Of a DNA stretch of 64,000 nucleotides, positions 38,470 to 47,502 are shown in pieces. Source of the DNA: a virus; the IMG/VR virus record IMGVR_UViG_3300009320_000011, positions 11,152 to 75,151 of that record; one strand, written 5' to 3'. The translations under genes were made by a program, and so were the position numbers. Below the pieces are notes generated by a model. It saw only the letters and a list, made by a program, of their open reading frames with translations, did not search any database and was not told where the DNA came from. Position 1 is the first letter of the stretch. Each line of letters starts with the position of its first letter.

Positions 38470-41211
38470 ATGTACCAAAATCTTTTTTTCGATCGAGAAA
38501 GTTATGTAATGCACGTCTTCGACGATGCTAAAGGATACTATAAATCCAAATACAATTCGTATGCCTATGTATTAGATGCTGGTGGTATGTATAATACACT
38601 GGATGGCAAAACTGTTAAGAGGATACCGGGATATAAGGTTAAAGAATATGATAAAAGTTTATTATATGAATCAGATGTAAAACCAGAAATAAGGTTTTTG
38701 ATCGACAAGTACGGACTATCAGATGAACCATCCAAAAATCATATTACACTATTTTTTGATATCGAAGTCGAATCAGCTGATGGTTTCCCAGACCAAGTAT
38801 TAGCTGAGCAAGAGGTAACTGCAATATCATGTTGGATAAAAGAGATAGATTCATCTATACTACTTCTTCTTGATAAAAGCGACATTATAAAAGATGTAAA
38901 TAAGAAAAATGTTAAAATTATATCATTCAAAGATGAAGTATCTTTATTGGATGAATTTATTAATATATTACACAAAATCAAACCAACGATACTAACTGGT
39001 TGGAATATAAATAACTTTGATATACCATATCTATATAATAGGTATACCAATATATTTGGTGAAGATGTAGCAAAACAATTAAGTCCAATTAACATAGTTA
39101 AAGAGGATCATTATAACGACGGTGAATATAAAATAGCTGGTGTAAATTGTTTAGACTATTTATTATTATATAAGAAATTCGAATCAAACCAGAAACAAGC
39201 ATATTCACTTGATTTTATTGGTGAATTGGAGATAGGACTTGGCAAGGTAAAATATGACAAATCATTGGATGATCTATACAATACAGACATCGAAGGATTT
39301 ATTGAGTATTGTTTTCGTGATGTTGAAATTGTAAAACAACTTGATGAAAAATTAAACCATATTGAACTGACTAAGATGGTATGTCATAAAGGACACGTAC
39401 CATACGAAGATATATTTATGTCGTCTAGATATTTAGAAGGAGCGATATTAACGTATTTGAAAAATAATGAAATAGTATCACCCAATAAAAAACCAGAAAT
39501 CAAACTTGTATTATCTCGAGATCATAACTTAGATGAATCAAAATTATATGTTAGAAGCATACCAAAAGAAACACCATTAAGTGGTATGTTAGGCATAAAG
39601 AAATCAAAATCCTCATTTGTATATGTCGACTATAAAGAATATAAGGGGAACTATTTCATATTAAAGGAACCACTAAAAGAATATATAGATAAAACTTATA
39701 AGGTATCGTTCGAGTTTACAGGAGCTAGAGTTAAACCACCAAAACCAGGTAGGTTTAAGTGGATGTTTGATTTAGACTTAAAATCAATGTATCCGTTTTC
39801 AATTATTACATTGAATATATCTCCAGAAACAAAAAAAGGCAAAGTATTTGAATTTGACCCATATGAGTTTTATAATAATAAAGACGCAAATATAAGAGTC
39901 ATATTTGACTCAGATGAATTATTGATTACGTATTCTGAATTAAGGAAATTGTTGATAAAATATAATTGTTCTATATCATCCAATGGAATAATTTATTCAC
40001 TTGAAAAACGTGGTTTGATACCAAATATACTTGAATTGTGGTCTTTTGAGCGCGATGATGTAAAGGAAAAACGCGATGAACATAAAGAAGGATCAAAGAA
40101 ATATCAGTATTTCGATAGACTCCAGGAAAGGCAAAAGGTTTTGCTTAACTCAATTTATGGGTGTCTTGGTCTGCAATCATTTCGTTGGTATGATTTAGAT
40201 AATGCGGAAGCAACAACGTCGAGTGGAAGGACATTAATAACATATTCAGAAAAAGTTGCAAATTTATTTTATAATAAAGAGTTAAATATCGATGTAAGTG
40301 CATCAAAAAATAATCAAGTAGATTATTGTGCTTACATCGATACGTAGATGGATTCATTATTCTTTTCAACTTTACCAATTATTGAAAAAAGATATCCAAC
40401 TGAGGATTATGAAAATGATTCTTTTATGATTAATAAAACACTTGAAATCACTAGAGAAATACAAAACTTTATTAATGATTCGTATAAAAATTATTCAAAT
40501 GGATTTCATTGTGTTAAAAATCATAGCTACAAAATTAAGCAAGAACTTGTAGCAAAATCCGGATTTTGGTTAGATGTAAAGAAACGATATGCATTACTAA
40601 TAGTTGATAAAGAGGGCGTGAGACTTGAAAAACCAAAATTAGATGTAAAGGGATTGGATACTGTACGTAGTGATTTTCCAAATAGTATGCGTGAGTTTAT
40701 GAAGGAAACATTAATGCATATATTAGAGTTTAAGTCAAAAGAGTTTTTGGATAAACATATTGAGCAATTCAAAGAAAAAATAAATTCAATTGAAGTAAAA
40801 GATATCGCTCGACCATCTTCAGTAAATGGTATTGGTAAGTATTCTGGAAGAAAAACACCAGGAGGATTGACTGAAATTAAAAAAGGAGCTCAATCACATA
40901 TAAAAGGATGTATATATTATAATGATTTGATTAATATATTTGATCAATCAAAAGATTACGAGCACATCAGGAATAAAGATAAAATTAAGAGTGTTTACTT
41001 GAAAGACAATCCATATCAATTTGAATCTTTATCTTATCGGGGATATGACGATCCGCCAGAAATTATTGAATTTATTGAAAAATATATAGACCGAAATAAA
41101 ATCTTTGAATTATTGCTGGTAAATAAATTAAATTCATTCTATAAAGCTTTGGGCTGGGGCGAGATTAATGCGTTAATAAATAAAAACATAAATAAATTTT
41201 TTGATTTTTAG
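38470..41211 (+). CDS. Family B DNA polymerase (T4 gp43-like), interrupted by TAG ATG inside motif C
   Basis: FFDIEV, TGWNI..FDIPY, DLKSMYP, KVLLNSIYG, YIDT*MDS, KKRYA, VKG; both track ORFs are in the same frame. Confidence 0.9.
40287..40353 (+). promoter_or_regulatory. Hairpin plus codon-STOP-codon element in PolB
   Basis: TATCGATGTAAGTGCA (40287-40302) pairs with TGTGCTTACATCGATA (40327-40342); inner ATAATC/GATTAT stem; ACG TAG ATG. Confidence 0.75.
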
Positions 41212-41964
41212 ATGATATACAATTATAAAGACGGAGACATAGACTTTAGTGATATAACTCTTAATTTAAGAGCTGATCAAAAGAGAAAAGTAAGAACTAA
41301 AAATACTGATATACTATACAAATATCAGAATAAGTATTATACGAAATACAAATCGAATTACCGACGGTTGCTTTGGAATACTAAGACCGCGATGAGTAAT
41401 AATTATATTTTGGCATGCAAATTTATAGATTTCAGCACGGTCGATTCATTTATCGATATTGGATGTGGAACTGGAGAGTTTATAGATTATGTTATATCAA
41501 ATCATGAAATAGACAATATTGTTGGCGTCGATGCCGTACCAAATTTTGTTGATTATGCTAAAAAAGAAAATAAAAATCATAATGTAGAATTTATAAATGA
41601 CAATCTATTTAATATACCAAATAACGATGGCATTAAAACATATGATCTCTGCACTATGATTGGTGTATTGCAGGTATTAGATCTAAATTCAATGGAGCAT
41701 ATTTTTGATGTAATCAAAGAAGTAGTAAATAGTGGCGGTCAAATTTGGCTAACATCAGTTAATTATTATAAGTATATAAAACATCGTTTTAGTACAGACA
41801 ATCGACGATTGGCTGGAACTTGGAAACATAAAGTTGAAGAAGTGGTATATTATATGAAAGATGATTTTCATGATATTAAATTCGGTTCTTTCGATAAAGA
41901 TGGAGAAATAGCTGAAAATAAATACGACGGCAGATATATTTTCGTTTATGGAGTTAAAAACTAA
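41212..41964 (+). CDS. Class I SAM-dependent methyltransferase
   Basis: FIDIGCGTG, VGVD. Confidence 0.8.
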   Translation: MIYNYKDGDIDFSDITLNLRADQKRKVRTKNTDILYKYQNKYYTKYKSNYRRLLWNTKTAMSNNYILACKFIDFSTVDSFIDIGCGTGEFIDYVISNHEIDNIVGVDAVPNFVDYAKKENKNHNVEFINDNLFNIPNNDGIKTYDLCTMIGVLQVLDLNSMEHIFDVIKEVVNSGGQIWLTSVNYYKYIKHRFSTDNRRLAGTWKHKVEEVVYYMKDDFHDIKFGSFDKDGEIAENKYDGRYIFVYGVKN

Positions 41965-41970
41965 TTAAAA

Positions 41971-42804
41971 ATGGATCCAAATAAAATTAAAATAGATGAT
42001 TTTTTCTCGTTGCCATATTATATTTCATTTTATAATCTGATGTGCAAGCCACTTCCAAATAATATTGGATTCATAAAGAATAAGAATCAAATGGTATTAT
42101 TCAAGCAAGAATATATCGAAGACGCTCAGCCATTTCTAGACGGCATAAAGAAAATTATACTGTTTAATATGAGCGAGGATAATTATGATTTATTTCTGAA
42201 ACGTGGAATAAAGCATGCTAAATCTAAAAATGATAGCATTATTTCAATATTTGATGGTGATTTTTTCAAATTGGAAGGAAAAAAACATAGACATTTAAGA
42301 TATAGAAGAAATCATTATACAAAACGATTTAATTTTGAGGTTAGAGACAGCGTTAGATCAATGTATGATTTTGATATTTTTATAAAGAAGTGGAATAATA
42401 TGAGAAAAGATGCACACTTTCAATTACATACTGGCTATGATGTTAGATTCATTAAAGAGAATCTGAACAATTATAAAGATAAACTAGTGCAAAAGTGGTT
42501 TTATGATGATAATGAATTAGTCGGATATTCAGTCGTTGATAGAGCGTCTAATGGCAAATATAATCTATTATGTAGGAAAGCTTTCACTGATGAAAAATAT
42601 ACTGATTTATGTATGTATATGGATTATTGTGTATTCAAATTAATCTACGATGATATAAAAAAACCTTATTTAGTTAATATGGGCGCTGGACAATCTGGAG
42701 TTAAACAATATAAAGAGACTAAATTTCCATATTTTGCTTCATATAAATTGATAACAGCTAAATATGATGTAGTTAATGACCAGGTAGTAAATAATTTCTG
42801 GTAA
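41971..42804 (+). CDS. DUF2156/GNAT-like (aminoacyl-transferase-like) protein
   Basis: LEGKKHRHLR..RNHY and VNMG...GVKQYK resemble the DUF2156 C-terminal domain. Confidence 0.45.
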   Translation: MDPNKIKIDDFFSLPYYISFYNLMCKPLPNNIGFIKNKNQMVLFKQEYIEDAQPFLDGIKKIILFNMSEDNYDLFLKRGIKHAKSKNDSIISIFDGDFFKLEGKKHRHLRYRRNHYTKRFNFEVRDSVRSMYDFDIFIKKWNNMRKDAHFQLHTGYDVRFIKENLNNYKDKLVQKWFYDDNELVGYSVVDRASNGKYNLLCRKAFTDEKYTDLCMYMDYCVFKLIYDDIKKPYLVNMGAGQSGVKQYKETKFPYFASYKLITAKYDVVNDQVVNNFW

Positions 42805-42806
42805 AG

Positions 42807-42840
42807 CTTGTAGCTGTCCCATAATTTTTGTATATTTATA
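42807..42840 (+). promoter_or_regulatory. Promoter (CTTG-N20-TATATTTA, overlapping the TATATTTATA motif)
   Basis: Same geometry as the other sites; ATG follows at 42844. Confidence 0.5.
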
Positions 42841-42843
42841 TAA

Positions 42844-44376
42844 ATGAAGTATTTTTACGAGAAAACAGATTTCGACAAATTCAAATCAAATATATCATAT
42901 GATGATATACTGGGCATGGACGAATGTCAATTTACCGCTTGGGTAAAGCTATTGAGATTAGAAGTCATCCAGAACTGGAACAATGGAATCCCTCCGGTCG
43001 TAGGAAAAAATGAAATTGATATCATAAAGTCATTCCGGAAAATCAGAGGGTTTTTTACACCAGACTTGATTTTACCAGACAAGGATTGCTTGGGAATAAT
43101 CCGAAATTTCAATAAAACTGGAAGTGAAATAAATCAATTTTTCCCAACAATGCTCAAAACTAAAATTACTATAAGTAAAAACCCAGATAAAGCAAAATCA
43201 ATATATGATGTGATTTCAAAGGATTGTTTTCTAGATAGGTTTATTCATATAATGAAGCGGACACTCAAACGTGATTCAATGTACATATATTCAAAATCGC
43301 TAACAAAACAGACAAATGAGGATGAAATTTGTTATATGGGCGGTGATGGATATAAATGGATTATTGATAATATTAAAAAACTAACAAATTATGGCATATG
43401 GTTAAATGAAGTAGATGATTGCAGTGATGATGAATACGTATATCTCATCAAATCAGACATCGAAAAATTAATTGAATCAAATCATATAACGCAAAAAGAA
43501 CTAACAAATATATCCGATCTAAAAGACGATAAAAAATACTTAATTCGATATTATAAAAAAAATCAACAAATATTTCCAGGAATAATTCAAATACTCAGAC
43601 TAAGTCTTGGAACGCAACCAGTTGTGAATTTTCCACCAACTACTGCAAAATTACTGTACGAAAAGTATACAGAACACATAGATAAGGATGTGATCAATAT
43701 ATATGATCCAAGTGCTGGCTGGGGCGGTCGTATTTTGGGAGCAATGTCATTATCAAAAAGAGTACATTATGTTGGAGTAGATCCAAATATAGATAATTTC
43801 ATATCAGGACCCAATATTACAAGGTATGAATACTTAGCTGACTTCTATAATGAAAAATGTATTGGATCAACAAATGAAAATTTTAATAAGTTTTTTGAAT
43901 CAAAAGAAAATAAAAATACATATGACATATATCCATCGGGAAGTGAAAATATACACTTGAATCCCGATTTTCAAAAATATAAAGGAAAGATTGATTTTGT
44001 GTTTACGTCGCCTCCCTACTTTAATCGAGAACAATATGGCGATTCTGATGGTCAATCATATATTCAATATCCTAAATATGAAGACTGGAGGGATAATTTT
44101 CTAAAACCAACATTGAAAACAGCAGTTGAATATCTGGACAATGATAGGTATTTGGCGTGGAATATAGCATCAATTAAAATAGGCAAAGATGAGTATTTAC
44201 CGTTACAAGAAGATTCAGTGCAAATACTGAAGGATTTGGGAATGGAATATATTGGATATTATCGGATGTTAATGACGAAAATGATTGGAATCCGACCGAA
44301 AGGAGTATTAAATTGGATAGAGATAAAAGGAGTTTGGTATAAATATGAGCCAATATTTCTGGCATATAAAAATTAA
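42844..44376 (+). CDS. Amino (N4-C/N6-A) DNA methyltransferase-like protein
   Basis: YDPSAGWGGR followed by FTSPPYF..E.Y. Confidence 0.8.
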   Translation: MKYFYEKTDFDKFKSNISYDDILGMDECQFTAWVKLLRLEVIQNWNNGIPPVVGKNEIDIIKSFRKIRGFFTPDLILPDKDCLGIIRNFNKTGSEINQFFPTMLKTKITISKNPDKAKSIYDVISKDCFLDRFIHIMKRTLKRDSMYIYSKSLTKQTNEDEICYMGGDGYKWIIDNIKKLTNYGIWLNEVDDCSDDEYVYLIKSDIEKLIESNHITQKELTNISDLKDDKKYLIRYYKKNQQIFPGIIQILRLSLGTQPVVNFPPTTAKLLYEKYTEHIDKDVINIYDPSAGWGGRILGAMSLSKRVHYVGVDPNIDNFISGPNITRYEYLADFYNEKCIGSTNENFNKFFESKENKNTYDIYPSGSENIHLNPDFQKYKGKIDFVFTSPPYFNREQYGDSDGQSYIQYPKYEDWRDNFLKPTLKTAVEYLDNDRYLAWNIASIKIGKDEYLPLQEDSVQILKDLGMEYIGYYRMLMTKMIGIRPKGVLNWIEIKGVWYKYEPIFLAYKN

Positions 44377-44379
44377 ATT

Positions 44380-44604
44380 ATGAAAAAAGAAGAAAAAGTA
44401 ATTAATGGGGTCTTAGAACATATTTCATCAATAGAAGAAAAAACTGGTTTTGCTCATAGAATAATATTTGAAGTCGTAAACTGGTCTTCAATGAATTATT
44501 ATGAAGCAATGGGATTACTAGAGGGAGTAAAAATTGATTATCACGAAACTTGGAGCAAAATCATACAAGAAGAAAATGAAGAAGATAGAAAAAAATTAAA
44601 TTAA
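44380..44604 (+). CDS. Hypothetical protein
   Basis: Intact ORF in operon. Confidence 0.55.
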   Translation: MKKEEKVINGVLEHISSIEEKTGFAHRIIFEVVNWSSMNYYEAMGLLEGVKIDYHETWSKIIQEENEEDRKKLN

Positions 44605-44614
44605 ATAATAAATT

Positions 44615-44905
44615 ATGAAAGAATATAATGTAAAATATAAAGTGGGTGCCGATGTTTATATATTATCATCAAAGAAAATTTATAAAAGTAGAATTGACAA
44701 AATTAGAGTTATAGAAAGTCAACCATACAGTGAATTTGAGTATGGTAGACATCCTGGAGAAAAAGGAAGCGTTGTTGAAAAAGATGGAATTGAAATTGAT
44801 TATTTAGTAATTACGTATAAAACCGATAATTATACATCATATGATTGGTATAGTCAAGATGATATTTTTGATAATGAAGAAGAACTAATAAGGAAAATTA
44901 AATAA
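44615..44905 (+). CDS. Hypothetical protein (SH3-like)
   Basis: KYKVGADVY start; intact ORF. Confidence 0.55.
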   Translation: MKEYNVKYKVGADVYILSSKKIYKSRIDKIRVIESQPYSEFEYGRHPGEKGSVVEKDGIEIDYLVITYKTDNYTSYDWYSQDDIFDNEEELIRKIK

Positions 44906-44920
44906 TAATAAAAACAAATC

Positions 44921-45643
44921 ATGAAAAAAGAAAGTTTATTACAATTCATTGACAAGTACAGTCTCGGAGATAATATCTCTACTGTACTAATTAAATCAGA
45001 GAACGACACAGTATCTGTTGATTTTATATCTGATGATAAAACAACAAAAGGAACTGTCGTGATGAATGATTTTAAGGACTTGGGTGAAGCCGAACTTGGA
45101 ATCTATAATACCGGAAAGCTAAAGAAAATGCTTGATGTACTGGACGATACTATTGATATTGAGTACAAAAAAGAATCTTCAGCAAACAAAATATCATCTG
45201 TCATTTTATCGGATAAAAAAATCAAAACAAAGTATGTTGTATGCGAACAGAGTGTAATTCCGGTAGTTCCAAAAATGAAAGCAGAACCACCATATGAAAT
45301 CGAAGTTGATATCGACACAGATTTTATTGATGATTTTATTCGAGTAAATAATGCTATTGATGCAGAAACATTTACTGCAATTGCAGACGATGATTCTATT
45401 AAGTTTGTTTTTGGTTATGTAAAACATACCAATACAAATACAATTACACTTGATATTAAGGCAAAAACGCAATCAAAAATTGATGAAGTAACATTAAATT
45501 CAAATATGTTAACTGAAGTATTGAAAGCAAATAGAGGCTTAAGTGGATCAATTAAAATATCATCTGCTGGGTTATCATTTATTAAGTTTACTTCTACTAA
45601 ATTTGAAACTGAATATTATTTAGTTGCTGCTCAAAGTATTTAA
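44921..45643 (+). CDS. Sliding clamp (T4 gp45-like)
   Basis: 240 aa; LGIYN...L, ISSAGL..I.F...EYYLVA; close to the clamp loader genes. Confidence 0.75.
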   Translation: MKKESLLQFIDKYSLGDNISTVLIKSENDTVSVDFISDDKTTKGTVVMNDFKDLGEAELGIYNTGKLKKMLDVLDDTIDIEYKKESSANKISSVILSDKKIKTKYVVCEQSVIPVVPKMKAEPPYEIEVDIDTDFIDDFIRVNNAIDAETFTAIADDDSIKFVFGYVKHTNTNTITLDIKAKTQSKIDEVTLNSNMLTEVLKANRGLSGSIKISSAGLSFIKFTSTKFETEYYLVAAQSI

Positions 45644-45645
45644 TT

Positions 45646-46851
45646 ATGTCTGCTAAAACTGGATATACACCAACACCACTACATCCTTATTTTGAGAGAT
45701 TTTTGAATCGGGAACCATACCTCTATATTACAAAAGAGGAACACGATTATATAGTTAAAAATTTCGAAGTAAGAGAAGGTAGGATACAGTTAGCAAATGT
45801 TATGGTTACTTATCCACCACCGATCCGCGAACATTCGTTGAAAGATTGCTATGTCGATTATCTGAAATTGAAGTCTACTCGTCTTAATGAGTTGTTTGTT
45901 ACTGGCGATTGGAATTTTAGGAATGAAAAGGATTTTAAGCATTCTGTTAAACTAGATGGTAAGAACACATACATAAGACGCATAATGACTGGCAATATAT
46001 CTAGTGATTTCTTCCATATAAAAAATAGATGGAGTTCATCTTCAATTAGGTTTCCAGCTCCAATTGATGTATGGAATCAACACAAATATTCGTACTTAAT
46101 AGCTGGAGCTTTTTATACACTTGGGTTTGAAGAATTCAATCTAAGTGCGTTTAAGACTATGACAGCATTGCGTACATATATATGTTCTCAGTTTAAGCCA
46201 AACGTAGCTAAAGTACTGTATGATTATTTCAAAGCAGAATCTGTCTTGGATTTCTCGATGGGATGGGGAGATCGACTAGCTGGGTTTTTCGCAGCAAACA
46301 CAGCACAATTATATGTTGGCGTAGATCCAAAAGTTGATAATCATCCGATATATAATGAACAAGCCGAGCATTATCAAAAATGGAACGGCTGGTTTGAAGT
46401 TAGCAAAAAAACAGACTTCATAATTGCTCCAGCTGAAGATGCTGATTTATCAAAATATGAAAATAAAATTGATTTGGTATTTACATCACCACCATACTTC
46501 GATACAGAAGTATATTCTGGTGAAGAAACTCAATCATGCAATAAATATAAAACAATCAACGACTGGAATGAATTATTTCTACATAAAGCAATAGACAATG
46601 TATGGAAAACAATAAAACCAGGCGGACATATGTTGATCAATATAGCTGACGTAAAAAGAGGCAATACATATATGAATATATGTGATATAATGATTGAATA
46701 TGTTGAAGGAAAACATAAAGCAAAATACATAGGAGCAATTGGAATGCAAATGACGCTGAGACCAAATTCAGCCGCGAGAACTGAAGAGTTCGAAGGTGAT
46801 AAGAATTCAGTATTTTGCGAGCCAGTTTGGATATTTAAGAAACTAGGATAA
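45646..46851 (+). CDS. Amino DNA methyltransferase-like protein (paralog of 42844)
   Basis: SQFKP..AK, LDFSMGWGDR, FTSPPYFDTEVY, EPVWIF. Confidence 0.8.
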   Translation: MSAKTGYTPTPLHPYFERFLNREPYLYITKEEHDYIVKNFEVREGRIQLANVMVTYPPPIREHSLKDCYVDYLKLKSTRLNELFVTGDWNFRNEKDFKHSVKLDGKNTYIRRIMTGNISSDFFHIKNRWSSSSIRFPAPIDVWNQHKYSYLIAGAFYTLGFEEFNLSAFKTMTALRTYICSQFKPNVAKVLYDYFKAESVLDFSMGWGDRLAGFFAANTAQLYVGVDPKVDNHPIYNEQAEHYQKWNGWFEVSKKTDFIIAPAEDADLSKYENKIDLVFTSPPYFDTEVYSGEETQSCNKYKTINDWNELFLHKAIDNVWKTIKPGGHMLINIADVKRGNTYMNICDIMIEYVEGKHKAKYIGAIGMQMTLRPNSAARTEEFEGDKNSVFCEPVWIFKKLG

Positions 46852-46854
46852 ATT

Positions 46855-47100
46855 ATGAAAAATAGAACAAAACAGGAAGTAGTAGTGAATAATATAATAT
46901 TAGACACTCCAAAAAAGTATAAATCAGCCGTTAATAAAATGGCAAAAATGTTAGCAAAAGATGACCCAGATGGTAAAATTTTAGAGGAAATGAAAAAACT
47001 AGAGAAGGCTGGATTTGATAATAATTATATCATGAAATATATGGTCCATGCAATGAAACACAGTAATAGAACTGATGCTGATATGGAATTATTTGATTAA
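46855..47100 (+). CDS. Hypothetical protein
   Basis: Intact ORF. Confidence 0.55.
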   Translation: MKNRTKQEVVVNNIILDTPKKYKSAVNKMAKMLAKDDPDGKILEEMKKLEKAGFDNNYIMKYMVHAMKHSNRTDADMELFD

Positions 47101-47115
47101 TAAATTTAAGATTAT

Positions 47116-47364
47116 ATGATTGACAAAAATAAAGAACATTTTTTCTGGAATGAGCGGTACCGCCCCCAAAATTTAGATGATTATGTGGGCAATGAAGCAT
47201 TAATACAGAGCGTCAAAATATGGATAGAAAGTGGCGAAATCCCAAATCTATTATTATATGGGAAAGCTGGGACGGGCAAATGTTTGGATTATTCTGAGTA
47301 TATTGATATTGAGATGGAAGTATCTGATGATGAATATAAGATACTAAAACAATATGAAATTTGA
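47116..47364 (+). CDS. Clamp loader ATPase (gp44/RFC-like) N-extein plus 27-aa intein N-fragment
   Basis: WNERYRP, LLLYGKAGTGK/CLDYSEYI... Confidence 0.85.
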   Translation: MIDKNKEHFFWNERYRPQNLDDYVGNEALIQSVKIWIESGEIPNLLLYGKAGTGKCLDYSEYIDIEMEVSDDEYKILKQYEI

Positions 47365-47502
47365 AATATTTTCTAGAAAACATATACTAATTTAATATTC
47401 TTATGCCATTCGTGTCATGCTAGAACCGCAAACTCGCATGATGATGGTTGGATTGATTATTATGTAAATAAAAATAAACAGTTTTATGAAAAAGAAATTT
47501 AG
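47354..47502 (+). pseudogene. Internally deleted HNH endonuclease remnant between the intein halves
   Basis: ATG 47354 gives MKFEIFSRKH; the frame from 47389 reads NLIFLCHSCHARTA...*. Confidence 0.65.

Noticed and set aside
40345-40347. TAG reassignment (genetic code 15) as the explanation for the PolB stop
   Set aside because: TAG ends genes normally (7990, 27742, 41211, 55184), other long genes have no internal TAG, the exonuclease case uses TAA, and readthrough would leave two extra residues in the motif
30361-40353. Group I/II introns or inteins at the two interrupted motifs
   Set aside because: Only 6 nt are extra; there is no ribozyme core and no Cys/Ser...His-Asn intein termini
41206-41214. 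TAG ATG at the end of PolB as a third hop site
   Set aside because: PolB is complete here (NKFFDF), TTT and ATG do not match, I saw no comparable stem, and the next ORF is an unrelated methyltransferase. It does show that TAG-ATG can be an ordinary gene junction
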